Source: Leptolyngbyaceae cyanobacterium | Lineage (GTDB): Bacteria > Cyanobacteriota > Cyanobacteriia > Phormidesmidales > Phormidesmidaceae | Assembly: GCA_050331235.1 (NCBI GenBank) | Contig: JBHJHA010000046.1 | Location: 11,862 to 75,861 of the forward strand | Direction: 5' to 3' | DNA: 64,000 bases | Shown here: piece by piece, positions 48,637-59,042 of the stretch | Numbering within the stretch: position 1 is the first letter of the stretch | How the letters are laid out: every line of letters starts with the position of its first letter | The notes under the pieces: model-generated | What the model saw: the letters and a program-made list of their open reading frames with translations, nothing else | Database searches by the model: none | What the model was told of the DNA's origin: nothing | Position numbers and translations under genes: made by a program

Positions 48637-51600
48637 ATGGCAATCGTACACGGAAGCTGGTTGAGCGAAAATCAGCAGTTTTTTCTTTGGGGCGAAATGT
48701 GGCAGCGCTTAGAGGCTGATGCCCTCTCCTCAGATCCAGAGCTGCAAGATCACCCCTACGGCATGGCCTTGCCAGAACTGCTCGAGCGACTCAAAGCGAT
48801 TGGGGGCGTTCCTAAGCCCTTTTGGGTAGCCATGGGAGACGGAGGGGGGCGGCGTAAAAAGCTGCCCCGAGCGCTAGACCAAGTTTTGTCTTTACCCACG
48901 GTATTCACAACCGAGGGCTGCCTGCCGAAACATTCGGCCGAAACGCTGTCCGCCGAAGCTGAGCTAACGCTTCACCCCTGGAAAATCCAGGGCATATGGC
49001 TGACCCCCAGCGAGGCGGCCTCTTTTCTGGAGAGCTTACCCCTGGGCCAACCGGTTATTGCCGGTGTCGAGATTGGCGAAGACTTGCGCTTTTGGTGCCA
49101 TACTGCCCGTTGGAGTTTGGACCTTCAGGCCCGGGGGAAGTATTTGCCCGCCATTACCATCACGCCCAAGAAGACGACTCAGGCCCAGTGGCAGCTCCTG
49201 CTTGACAGCGAAACGGATGCGCGGCGGCTGCAACTGTTCAGCCAGCGGCTACCGCTAAGCTGTCGGACCTACCAATCGGTTGCCAAACCTCGCAAAGGTC
49301 AAATAGTAGGACTCAGTACGCCGTTGCCGATCGCTACCGACCCGCTGTTGTGTGACTTTATGCAGCAGCTTGTGGATGCCCAGGTCCGGGCCCAAGCCCA
49401 GCCGGTGGGAAGCACGGATGTGCTCAGTCCCGATTTTCCTCTGCGAGAATGGCTCGAGGCCCTGAGTAACGAGCAAGACCCGAGTTTAGAAAGTAGTGCG
49501 ATCGCCGCCGCCCGCCTCCGAGATGCGCTCAACACTTGGAAAATGCCGTTACAGAGCAGCATTGACCAAAATCGCTTTCGCGTTTGTTTTAGTTTAGAGC
49601 CACCTGAAACTGATAACGATACCTGGCATCTCGGCTATTATTTACAGTCCCGCGATGACGACGACTGTCGTATTGCCGCCGAAACCATTTGGCAATATCC
49701 CGTTGACCAAGCCGTCATTGCGAAACAGACGATTCCCCACCCCCAGGAGACGCTGCTCGCTGGTCTCGGCCGCGCGGCTCGGTTTAGCGATCCCATTCGT
49801 GAGAGTCTGCAAGCACCACGGCCTACCCGCATCCCCCTGGACCCAGCCCAGACCTTTGTCTTTCTTAAAGTGACGTTACCGCGTCTGCGGGACACTGGTT
49901 TTGGCGTTGTTCTGCCACCCGGCTTAGAATCACCCTCGGAAGACAATCGACTGGGTATTCAGGTATCGGCAGCGGCCCCTGGCCGCAAAGAACGGCAGCA
50001 GTTAGGCCTCAAAAGCCTGCTTAATGTGGAATGGGAACTGTCCCTCGCCGGGCAAAAACTATCGCAAAAAGATTTTGAAAAGTTAGTTGCCCAAGAAACG
50101 CCCCTGCTGGAAGTCGATGGACAGTGGGTTGAGCTGCGCCCCCAAGACATTCGGACTGCCCGAGATTTTTTCAAACGGCGCCATACTCCCATTGAGCTGA
50201 GTGTAGAGGATGCCCTGCGCCTGAGTACGGGCGATACCCAGGTAATTGATAAACTACCCGTCGTTAAGTTTGAAGCATCGGGAGTTTTGCAAGACCTGAT
50301 TTCCACGCTCACTGAGGGCAATCAATCCATTGAACCCATCAGTGAACCGGCTGGATTTACCGGCAAACTGCGCCCCTACCAAGCCCGAGGCGTCTCCTGG
50401 CTGACTTTTTTAGAGCAGTGGGGACTGGGAGCCTGCTTGGCCGACGACATGGGCCTCGGCAAAACGGTGCAGTTCATTGCCTTTTTGCTGACGATGAAGC
50501 AGCGAGAGCTTCTCGATGGGCCCGTGTTGCTGGTTTGCCCCACGTCTGTATTGGGTAACTGGCAGCGCGAGATTCACAAGTTTGGCCCCGAGCTCAAGGT
50601 GCTGCTGCACCACGGCGACAAACGATCGCATGCGGCCGTGTTTGCCCGCAAAGCTCGGGGAGCTAACGTGGTGCTCACGAGTTATACCCTGGCCCAGCGC
50701 GATCTTAAAGATTTTGAGCGGGTGGAGTGGCTAGGCATCGTCCTTGACGAAGCGCAAAACATCAAAAACCCCGATGCTAAGCAATCTAAAGCCGTGCGGC
50801 AAATTGACGCGCAGTTTCACATCGCGCTGACCGGCACCCCAGTGGAAAATCGCCTAGCGGAACTCTGGTCGATTATGGATTTTCTCAATCCGGGTTATCT
50901 CGGCCCGAAGAACTTTTTTCAAAAGCGCTTTGCGACGCCCATCGAGCGATACGGCGATACGGCGTCACTCAAAACCCTGCGATCGCTCGTGCAACCGTTT
51001 ATCCTGCGCCGCCTCAAAACGGACCGTTCCATCATTCAAGACCTGCCCGAAAAGCAGGAAATGACGGTTTTTTGCGGTCTTTCAAATGAACAGGCCCAGC
51101 TCTATCAAGCGGCGGTTGAAAAAGCCATGCGTGATATCGAAGCCGCTGAAGGTGTCCAGCGGCGAGGACAGATTTTGGGGCTCTTAACCAAGCTCAAGCA
51201 GATTTGTAATCATCCGGCCCAGTTTCTCAAAGAAGAAATTGCCACCCTGGCGGCGGGGCGGTCAGGTAAGCTGATTCGCTTTGACGAAATGGTTGAAGAA
51301 TTACTGGATGAGGGCGATCGCGCCCTCATCTTCACCCAGTTCGCTGAGTGGGGCAAACATCTGCAATCCCATCTAGAAAGAGTATTCGATCAAGAAACTC
51401 TCTTTTTGTACGGCAGCACAACTCAAAGCCAGCGCGAAGCTATGGTCGACCGCTTTCAGCAGGACCCCGACGGGCCGCGGCTCTTTATCCTATCCCTCAA
51501 GGCCGGTGGCGTTGGCCTCAACCTCACCCGAGCCAATCACGTCTTTCACTTTGACCGCTGGTGGAATCCCGCCGTTGAAAATCAAGCGACGGACCGGGCC

Positions 51601-51813
51601 TTCCGCATCGGGCAAACGAAAAATGTGCAGGTGCACAAATTCGTCACCACCGGAACCCTCGAAGAAAAAATCCACGAGATGATCGAATCAAAAAAAGCCA
51701 TGGCAGAGCAAGTTGTGGGCGCTGGCGAACAGTGGTTGACTGAGCTGGATACCGATGCTCTACGCAATCTCTTATTGCTTGATCGCTCTACGGTAATCGA
51801 TGACGCCGATTGA
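48637..51813 (+). CDS. SNF2-family helicase/ATPase
   Basis: LADDMGLGKT, DEAQ, LTGTPVEN, GGVGLNL, WWNPAVENQATDRAFRIGQ. Confidence 0.95.
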   Translation: MAIVHGSWLSENQQFFLWGEMWQRLEADALSSDPELQDHPYGMALPELLERLKAIGGVPKPFWVAMGDGGGRRKKLPRALDQVLSLPTVFTTEGCLPKHSAETLSAEAELTLHPWKIQGIWLTPSEAASFLESLPLGQPVIAGVEIGEDLRFWCHTARWSLDLQARGKYLPAITITPKKTTQAQWQLLLDSETDARRLQLFSQRLPLSCRTYQSVAKPRKGQIVGLSTPLPIATDPLLCDFMQQLVDAQVRAQAQPVGSTDVLSPDFPLREWLEALSNEQDPSLESSAIAAARLRDALNTWKMPLQSSIDQNRFRVCFSLEPPETDNDTWHLGYYLQSRDDDDCRIAAETIWQYPVDQAVIAKQTIPHPQETLLAGLGRAARFSDPIRESLQAPRPTRIPLDPAQTFVFLKVTLPRLRDTGFGVVLPPGLESPSEDNRLGIQVSAAAPGRKERQQLGLKSLLNVEWELSLAGQKLSQKDFEKLVAQETPLLEVDGQWVELRPQDIRTARDFFKRRHTPIELSVEDALRLSTGDTQVIDKLPVVKFEASGVLQDLISTLTEGNQSIEPISEPAGFTGKLRPYQARGVSWLTFLEQWGLGACLADDMGLGKTVQFIAFLLTMKQRELLDGPVLLVCPTSVLGNWQREIHKFGPELKVLLHHGDKRSHAAVFARKARGANVVLTSYTLAQRDLKDFERVEWLGIVLDEAQNIKNPDAKQSKAVRQIDAQFHIALTGTPVENRLAELWSIMDFLNPGYLGPKNFFQKRFATPIERYGDTASLKTLRSLVQPFILRRLKTDRSIIQDLPEKQEMTVFCGLSNEQAQLYQAAVEKAMRDIEAAEGVQRRGQILGLLTKLKQICNHPAQFLKEEIATLAAGRSGKLIRFDEMVEELLDEGDRALIFTQFAEWGKHLQSHLERVFDQETLFLYGSTTQSQREAMVDRFQQDPDGPRLFILSLKAGGVGLNLTRANHVFHFDRWWNPAVENQATDRAFRIGQTKNVQVHKFVTTGTLEEKIHEMIESKKAMAEQVVGAGEQWLTELDTDALRNLLLLDRSTVIDDAD

Positions 51814-51884
51814 GCCCACCAGTCCCCTCCCTCCACTCAGTAATGCACTGGAAATACTAGGCGCATCGTGAGTAGAGAGATCTA

Positions 51885-52805
51885 TCAGGTATCTCCAAAC
51901 AAAGACCCCTGCAGCTCTGGAAAATACTTGCTAGCCACCTCCTCATTGCAGGCGGCAAATTCATCCATGATCGCCTTAGCTACTTCCGGTGTTACAATCT
52001 CATCGTCAAGCAAAAAGCTGGGGATTTTCGAAAAGAGTTTGCTAGTCTTTTGACCTTGAAAAGGCTTGAGTAAAAACTTTCTGTACGGAGCGTAGGGGAT
52101 TCCTAGAACATTGAGGCACAGAGCGTTCATCCAGCGTAAAGCCTTGAGTAGTTGCCCTGATAAGCTGACATTCGTTTTAGAGCTAGAAACCTTGAGGTCA
52201 TCTATCTCCAGGTCAGCCAAACCAACGTTACAGAAAAAATCTTTTAATAGGCAATGCTTACTATATCTTTGAACAGCAATATTTTCTGCACCGATTTCGC
52301 TCTCCCAGTCTCGTAAAATTGCTGCATAGTCGCATCGAAACTTCCGGGTATGAAAGAAATTCTGAAAACTTTCTCCGCACCCCGTCTTCACGTTCTCCGA
52401 GTACAAAGACTTAAGGAAATCAGTTTGTTTTCTAATGCAAAGAATGACTTTGATATGGTACTTGTCTAGTCTTTTTTTGAGCTCTCGTATATATTCTTGC
52501 GAATAGAGACAAAAATATTCGCAGCTAATAATAATATGATCGGAGTCAATCGATTCAATTTCATCAATTAGACCTTCCCATACCCCCTTTAAATCAATGA
52601 CGACTCCTTCAAATGGTCTTTCAATATAGTCACCATGTTTGACCGCCCAGGCGACCTTATGGTGACCAAAAATAAACGATGGAATGCCCGTTTTGGGATA
52701 GTAATAACCCCGAGCCTGAAGCTTTGGCTGGTTTTCTAGCAGTATCCTTTGTAGATGGGTTGTTCCAGTTTTATGGACGCCAATGTGTAAGTATATAGTC
52801 TTCAT
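51885..52805 (-). CDS. Sulfotransferase-like P-loop protein
   Basis: LHIGVHKTGTT, IISCEYF, IRKQ..SLY; AT-rich. Confidence 0.65.
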   Translation of the reverse strand: MKTIYLHIGVHKTGTTHLQRILLENQPKLQARGYYYPKTGIPSFIFGHHKVAWAVKHGDYIERPFEGVVIDLKGVWEGLIDEIESIDSDHIIISCEYFCLYSQEYIRELKKRLDKYHIKVILCIRKQTDFLKSLYSENVKTGCGESFQNFFHTRKFRCDYAAILRDWESEIGAENIAVQRYSKHCLLKDFFCNVGLADLEIDDLKVSSSKTNVSLSGQLLKALRWMNALCLNVLGIPYAPYRKFLLKPFQGQKTSKLFSKIPSFLLDDEIVTPEVAKAIMDEFAACNEEVASKYFPELQGSLFGDT

Positions 52806-53507
52806 ATGGGCGATGGAATATCGAAATCTCTCAAATAAATAGCAATGGCGAAAGGGTTAGATACACGAGTTGAGTATCGCTATTATCTTTAATGTCTAGT
52901 GACAAGCTTTAGACAAACTATTTTATTCTTTAAACGCGACGCAGTTCCAGAGATTCAAGCCGCTACTATCCGCAAGTTTGATCCACTTACTGTGAGTACG
53001 CCCAAATAGGTCTCTTTTCCGGGGAAAACAGACATCTGCCGTCAAACATAACTGGTCAAGGTTGTCCCTTGCTTCGTGATTATACGGAATGATCTTCTTT
53101 CTGCTGATTGCCACAGCTTGGATAACATCAATGGTCACAGGGGCGCGGGGGATTATTTAACTACCCAGATCCCCCTCACGCAGTCAATTGATTGGGCTGC
53201 AATGCTGACACAATTTGGAAAATTGGCAAGTGCTGTACCCATACTGCTCGCTGTAGAGGCGATCGCCTGCTGGTTGCGACTGCTAGCGTGACTTTACCTA
53301 TCAGTAGAGGCGACGTCATTTCTAGCAAGTTTACAAAATCGCGATCGTTGATTTCATCTTCGCTAGAAAATCTGGGAATAATTTTCGTAGGTACAGATAC
53401 TGCAAGGATTACAAAAAACGTCCTCTGACGGAGACCAGGCTATCTCACATCGAGATGACCCATCGTCAAGCCGGCGCATCGATCCGACGTTAGGGCTTCC
53501 CATCAAT

Positions 53508-54335
53508 ATGGACTCACTCAAGAGCAAAGTTAATCAAGCCTTTATCATTGCCCATCAGGAAAGTACCCACAAGTTGGAGGCTTGCTTAAAGCAGGAAGGA
53601 TTTCACCCCAAAGTGCTCAAGCAAGTCCACAAACGTGAATACAACGATTATTCTCAAAGCTATCTTTGTCTGCTCAATCACTGTAATGCTTGGCAACATA
53701 TTCTGACGACTAATGAGCCGGCGTTAATCTGTGAGGCTGACTTTGTACCTGTCGAGAATTTTGGGAATCTGCCCGCCCCCTGGGACACCTCTTCACCAGA
53801 TGTCGGATTAGCCTGGCTTTACACCTGCGCACCGCAAATCTACTCGGTACCGGCTCCTGACTATGCCGTTGGATTTTCCACTTCATTGGTGGCGTACGTG
53901 CTCATGCCGGCGGGAGCCCAGTATTTGCTCAAAATTGCTGAGTTGGTCAAGCAAGTTCCCGGCCCGACCCGCTATTGTGCTTGGGATAGTACTATCGAAT
54001 GGCATTTGCGAGAGCACAATTTAGAATGCTACTTGCCCTGGCGTAATTATGGCGAACATGGCGGTAAACCAAATCCTGAACACAAACGAGCAGGGTTGAA
54101 CCGCGTTCATCGGGCAGATGTGCTGTCAGGCCGACTAGCATTTACGCCACTATATGCCGCAGCTGACAAATATCCAGCAGTCCACATCATACTGTCTCGA
54201 ATGATGGCGCGAATCCGAGGAATTGGACGCCTCTTGTTGGGGCGGTATCTGCGGCCTGAGGTGTTGTCAGGTTCTAACTATCGTTCAGATATGCTGAAAT
54301 TTGCTATCACTCGGCAGTTGACCCTGCGGCTATAA
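53508..54335 (+). CDS. LPS biosynthesis glycosyltransferase (GT25-like)
   Basis: CLLNHCNAW, ICEADF, AYVLMPAGA. Confidence 0.7.
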   Translation: MDSLKSKVNQAFIIAHQESTHKLEACLKQEGFHPKVLKQVHKREYNDYSQSYLCLLNHCNAWQHILTTNEPALICEADFVPVENFGNLPAPWDTSSPDVGLAWLYTCAPQIYSVPAPDYAVGFSTSLVAYVLMPAGAQYLLKIAELVKQVPGPTRYCAWDSTIEWHLREHNLECYLPWRNYGEHGGKPNPEHKRAGLNRVHRADVLSGRLAFTPLYAAADKYPAVHIILSRMMARIRGIGRLLLGRYLRPEVLSGSNYRSDMLKFAITRQLTLRL

Positions 54336-54677
54336 CCCTAGAGAAGTTGGATTGTGCTGATGGGCTAATTGGGCCAGTAATGGCTGGGCTCGGAGAGCAA
54401 GTCTTTTGTTGTTGAAAGCGATCGCCTGCAAGGAGATCTATCAGTAGGCAAAGCGTTGAAATCGCGCGGCATCGGTTTACCTCCGGCCTTCCCCTGGTCT
54501 AGGGCTTACGGACTGGATGAGATGTTCACGGACTGGGCGATCGCTCCGCCTGTGCGCCCACTATCGCACTATTCCATCAGTCACAACTCTGGCATAGCCA
54601 TAGCGGGCTACAGTCAGCTTTGAATACGTTCACTCGTGTATCGCTGGTGACGGGGCTATTCTCAGACCTTGAACCGG

Positions 54678-54715
54678 TCTACTCTCGGCTATATCTTCTA
54701 CTCTCGGCTATATCT
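54678..54715. repeat. Exact 19-bp tandem duplication
   Basis: TCTACTCTCGGCTATATCT x2. Confidence 0.9.
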
Positions 54716-55281
54716 AAGGACTTTGGCGCGCCACTGCTCCTGAAACCAAGGCGTGATCGCTTGCTCGCTACAGTTCAGCGACTGTTGTATGAGAGATAGC
54801 GATTATGGGCTATGGGGGCAAGGCAGATCTGACTCTCACTGATCGAGCCTACCGGCTGAACTGCGCCATTTCTGGTTGGTTCAGTCCCAATTGTTGGGAA
54901 TGGATTTTAGGGGCCGAGTTTGAGGTTCAAGATATTCTCCACGGCACGACACGGTGCTAAATCCCGGAAAGCTATCCAGAAGCGAGCATAATTCGCTAAA
55001 CTCTCCAGTAAGTAGAGTTTACCCTCTCCTATTGGGGGAGAGTGATTTGTTGGAGTGAGGGATATGCAGTCAAGGAAACCGTTCTATCAATTCAACTCTG
55101 TTCTATGAAACTCATAAGGTCAATTCAGGGAATCCCACTCTAGGATTACCCCAACTGCCCTCCATCCCCGCATCGGCTGCCCCAATCAGTCTTCAGCACT
55201 GTATTGGACGGTGACTCACCCCTGTGAGGTAGTCCATAGTTGCTCTGCCACGAGACAACACCCTAGATTAAATCGACTTAA

Positions 55282-55788
55282 ATGCCTAAAATCTTCACCC
55301 TTGTAACGGTCTCTGTAATGTTGACCATTGGATTTGACGCGATCGCTACTGCCCCCTTACGAGCGGACGCGGGCCACCCCCATGGGGAGGCGACCGTAGA
55401 ACCGTCCCATGACGGCGGGCATGGCAACGATGACCATGGCATGCATGGCATGATGGCCATTCCGCCGGGACAGCCGGTTCCCCAGGTGGAAATTGAGATT
55501 GTTCCTGACCCTATCGCCGGTTGGAATCTACATGTAGATACGATGAACTGGACGTTTGCCCCAGAGTCGGTCAACACCACTAGTAATTTTCAAGAGGGGC
55601 ACGCTCACCTGTATGTGAATGGCGAAAAAGTCACACGTCTCTATGGCGAGTGGTACTACATTCCCAGTTTGCCTGTGGGCGAGCACACGCTGACAGTTGG
55701 GCTGAATGCCAACGGCCATGAAATGTTGATGTATGACGGTGAGCCCATTCAGGCTTCAGTGGATATCGTGGTGCCAGAAACCCCGTAA
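55282..55788 (+). CDS. Secreted His/Met-rich putative metal-binding protein
   Basis: Signal peptide; GHPHG, HDGGHGNDDHGMHGMM, GHAHLYVNG, NANGH. Confidence 0.7.
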   Translation: MPKIFTLVTVSVMLTIGFDAIATAPLRADAGHPHGEATVEPSHDGGHGNDDHGMHGMMAIPPGQPVPQVEIEIVPDPIAGWNLHVDTMNWTFAPESVNTTSNFQEGHAHLYVNGEKVTRLYGEWYYIPSLPVGEHTLTVGLNANGHEMLMYDGEPIQASVDIVVPETP

Positions 55789-55931
55789 TGCATTAGCGAT
55801 CAGGATCAACGCCCGGCATAGCTTAGGCCATTTGGACTCGCGATCGCGGCTTAGTAACATAGCTCCGTGTTTAGGTTCAATGTCGACCTCAAATATGGAG
55901 CTATTTTTGTGTCGAATGGGGCGGCATCGGA

Positions 55932-55971
55932 TGATCAATGACAAATACACGTGATCAATGACAAATACACG
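55932..55971. repeat. Exact 20-bp tandem duplication
   Basis: TGATCAATGACAAATACACG x2. Confidence 0.9.
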
Positions 55972-56182
55972 CCAATAAAAAATCAATCCTTTGACTAGAT
56001 TTACCTGAATCCCATTGATCAAAATCAGGAAAAAGTGTTAATTGTGATTTGCCTGATGCAGCTATCAGAAATCTGGCTAATATTCTGCCGGTTTGACCCA
56101 TTGCTGTGAAACTTTAAACAATCAGTCAATTGGTCCACGTTTTGTTTTGAAACTTTAGGATAAATGTGAACTAATTAGTGTC

Positions 56183-56199
56183 ATGCCCCCTGGGGGTAT
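56183..56199. promoter_or_regulatory. InrS/RcnR/CsoR-type operator
   Basis: ATGCCCCC-T-GGGGGTAT C/G-tract palindrome upstream of a metal ECF operon. Confidence 0.7.
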
Positions 56200-56287
56200 T
56201 GTTTTTTAAATTGCAATGGCTTAACTAAATAAACAGAGGGTGGTCGTCAGCCGCGATCGCTCTTGTGAGCTTTTTGTAAGGAAATTT

Positions 56288-57148
56288 ATGCCTCAGCTTC
56301 AATTTTTCACCCGTGCCTCCATCGCAATGGCTTTACCCGCTTTGCTGGTGGCGTGCAGCCCCAACAGTGAGAAAGCCAGCCAAGATTCCAGCGCTGAAAC
56401 TGCCGCTACTAGTGACGAAAAAGGGGAATTGGTTATTCGCGCGAATGGCGAAGATTTTGTACGCCAAGGTTTCGTAACAAAAGACGGTTGGCAGGTTGAT
56501 TTTGACCATGTATTTGTCACTTTAACTGAGGTGACGGCCTATCAGACCGATCCTCCATTTGACCCTGAGGCCGATGAGTCTCCCCAGGTCAGCGATTCTG
56601 TCACTGTTGACGAACCGATTACTATTGATTTGGCCGAGGGGGATGCTGACGCAGAGCCAATCTTAGTCACTACGCTACAGGTGCCTACAGGGCGATATAA
56701 CGCCTTGTCTTGGCAAATGGTGCCGGCGGACCAAGGACCATCGGCGGGGCAGACACTCTGGCTTGAGGGTACGGCAACAAAAGATGAGGAAACAGTCGAT
56801 TTTGTCATCAAGCTCGACAGCGAACTAGAGTTTCTCTGTGGCGATTATGTTGGCGATAATCGCAAAGGTATCGTCACGGCCAGCGATGCCGCTGACCTAG
56901 AGGCCACTTTCCATTTTGACCATTTGTTTGGCGATGGAGAAGCCGACCCAGCGGACGAGATTAACACCGGTGCTCTAGGATTTGAGCCCCTGGCCGCGAT
57001 CGCCCAAGTAGAGAGCCTATCCGTTGACCAATCAGCGCTAGAGGCGCAACTATCAGAGGCAGATTACGCCACCCTGCAGGGAATCTTGCCGAGCTTAGGT
57101 CATGTTGGTGAGGGCCACTGCGAAGAAACCCAACTGAGCAGCAGTTAG
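56288..57148 (+). CDS. Lipoprotein, DUF4382-like, first gene of the Ni/Co ECF operon
   Basis: Lipobox LVAC; ANGEDFVRQGF, TFHFDHLFGD, GHVGEGHC. Confidence 0.75.
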   Translation: MPQLQFFTRASIAMALPALLVACSPNSEKASQDSSAETAATSDEKGELVIRANGEDFVRQGFVTKDGWQVDFDHVFVTLTEVTAYQTDPPFDPEADESPQVSDSVTVDEPITIDLAEGDADAEPILVTTLQVPTGRYNALSWQMVPADQGPSAGQTLWLEGTATKDEETVDFVIKLDSELEFLCGDYVGDNRKGIVTASDAADLEATFHFDHLFGDGEADPADEINTGALGFEPLAAIAQVESLSVDQSALEAQLSEADYATLQGILPSLGHVGEGHCEETQLSSS

Positions 57149-57151
57149 TCC

Positions 57152-57607
57152 ATGACGCGATTTTTTCCATATGTTTGGTCAAGTCTGGCCGCGATCGCCC
57201 TGACTAATGCGCCTTCTGTTGCTTGGGGCCATGGGGCGCATATTCAAGCTCGCACCGCTACTGCAATTGAGATTCAGGCGACCTATGACTCTGGGGAGCC
57301 CCTCGCTGAGGCGACCGTGCAGGTTTATGCGCCCGATGATTTACAGGAACCAGTCTTTACGGGGGTGACTGATACTGAGGGGCGATATACCTTTACGCCG
57401 AGTCAACCCGGCGATTGGGAAGTCACCGTACGCCAGGCGGGCCATGGGGATGTGGCTGTGATCCCAGTGACGGATGAAGGGGCGCTGGTGAGTAGCTTTA
57501 CTAATCAGGCAGGGTTGAGCTGGCCGCAGACCCTGATAGTAGCGGGGGCAGTTACTTGGGGCTGTGTCGGTACGGCGCTTTATTTCGGGGGCAGAAGTAA
57601 GCAGTAG
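57152..57607 (+). CDS. Accessory ECF component (NikL/CbiL-like, carboxypeptidase-regulatory-like fold)
   Basis: Signal peptide, AWGHG, YDSGEP, QAGHG, C-terminal TM helix. Confidence 0.7.
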   Translation: MTRFFPYVWSSLAAIALTNAPSVAWGHGAHIQARTATAIEIQATYDSGEPLAEATVQVYAPDDLQEPVFTGVTDTEGRYTFTPSQPGDWEVTVRQAGHGDVAVIPVTDEGALVSSFTNQAGLSWPQTLIVAGAVTWGCVGTALYFGGRSKQ

Positions 57608-58251
57608 TGCATATTCCAGACGGCATTTTGCCAGCGCCCGTTTGTGTTGCCGGTTATGCGATCGCCGGTGGCATCACCTGGGCTGCCCTCAAGCGCATTC
57701 ACCAAGTATCCGATCCCCAGGCTGAGATTCCTAAAGCGGCCTTATTGGCAGCAGCTTTCTTTGTGGGCTCTTCCCTGAGTCTACCGGTACCACCAGTGAC
57801 GGTGCATCTGGTGTTAAATGGCCTGTTAGGGGCTGTTCTCGGCTGGTATGCCTGGCCAGCAATTTTAATTGGCTTACTGCTCCAAGCCCTGTTGCTTGGC
57901 CACGGCGGCCTCACCACCCTCGGTGTCGATGCCGTGATGATGGGGGTTCCCGCCCTCATCGCAGGTCAAGTATTTCAGTTAAGGCATCAGTTTCACAAGG
58001 CCCTATCGCCACGGGTTGCCTTAGGGTTATTTAGCTTTTTAGCCGGCGCGATTGGGGTGGGCCTATCCGCCGTATTTTTCTTTGGGCTCATAGTTTTCAC
58101 CATTCCCTCGACCCTTGATCGGGGTGCCGAGCAGGGCTTTCTCACAGCGCTGATGATCGCCCACATTCCCCTCATTCTTTTGGAAGGAATCTTTACGATT
58201 TTGCTGTGTTTCTTCCTATTGCGCGTTAAACCAGAGCTGTTGGATCGCTAA
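57607..58251 (+). CDS. cbiM: ECF substrate component NikM/CbiM
   Basis: MHIPDG N-terminus, TVHL, HGGLTTLG; GTG start overlaps the upstream TAG. Confidence 0.92.
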   Translation: MHIPDGILPAPVCVAGYAIAGGITWAALKRIHQVSDPQAEIPKAALLAAAFFVGSSLSLPVPPVTVHLVLNGLLGAVLGWYAWPAILIGLLLQALLLGHGGLTTLGVDAVMMGVPALIAGQVFQLRHQFHKALSPRVALGLFSFLAGAIGVGLSAVFFFGLIVFTIPSTLDRGAEQGFLTALMIAHIPLILLEGIFTILLCFFLLRVKPELLDR

Positions 58252-58256
58252 ATTTT

Positions 58257-59042
58257 ATGGCTGTTGCCCTTCACGCTGACGTTTTTGTTCCAGGACAGTC
58301 AACCATCCATCGGTGGGCCGTGCGCTCTAAGCTGATTAGCTTACTGGCGCTGATGTTTGCGATCGCCATGGTGCAGCATCTGGTGCTGCTGCCGGGGGCT
58401 TTTTTGGTGGTGGTGGGGCTCTATTGCTGGTCTGGGTTACCTCTGGCGTATTTACGCCGGCGCTTGCCCTACCCAGGATTGTTTATCGTGGCGATGGTTG
58501 GACTGCTGCCTTGGGTTTCCGGAACGACGGTTCTCTGGCAGTGGTCGATTTTTGCCCTGCACCTCGAAGGCATTCAAATGGCGGCCTTAATTGCGGGGCG
58601 GTTTTTAGCCATTCTCACGACCGGCTTTATCCTATTGGGGACGACCCCCTTTCTAACCTTGATTAAAGGCTTGCGATCGCTGGGGGTGTCTCCTCTACTC
58701 AGCGATATGGCCCTGTTGACCTATCGCTACCTGTTTGATATTGCCGCCCAACTCGCGACCATGCAACAGGCCATGCGACTGCGGGGCTACGGACAAATGC
58801 GGCAAACCCTGCGGCGGCAGTGGCGGTGGTTGGCGGCTCTGTTTGGCAGTCTCCTGCTACGCAGCTATGAACAGTCTCAACGAATTTATAAGGCAATGCG
58901 ACTGCGGGGCTATGGACAAAGCACGGCGTCGCCTTACGGCGTTCTGGAAGAGCAAACCCATCCCTCTTTATTGCCCATGATGGTGACGCTGACCGCAGCA
59001 GTCAGTTTAGTTATTGCCGAAATTCTTTTACTTGCGTTATGA
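58257..59042 (+). CDS. cbiQ: ECF transmembrane T component NikQ/CbiQ
   Basis: LTYRYL, AMRLRG twice. Confidence 0.92.
   Translation: MAVALHADVFVPGQSTIHRWAVRSKLISLLALMFAIAMVQHLVLLPGAFLVVVGLYCWSGLPLAYLRRRLPYPGLFIVAMVGLLPWVSGTTVLWQWSIFALHLEGIQMAALIAGRFLAILTTGFILLGTTPFLTLIKGLRSLGVSPLLSDMALLTYRYLFDIAAQLATMQQAMRLRGYGQMRQTLRRQWRWLAALFGSLLLRSYEQSQRIYKAMRLRGYGQSTASPYGVLEEQTHPSLLPMMVTLTAAVSLVIAEILLLAL

Noticed and set aside
53202..53291. 29-aa hydrophobic ORF
   Set aside because: Too short, no ribosome-binding site or other support.
55790..56280. Cobalamin riboswitch expected upstream of cbiMQO
   Set aside because: No B12-box-like elements visible; an InrS-like operator is present instead.
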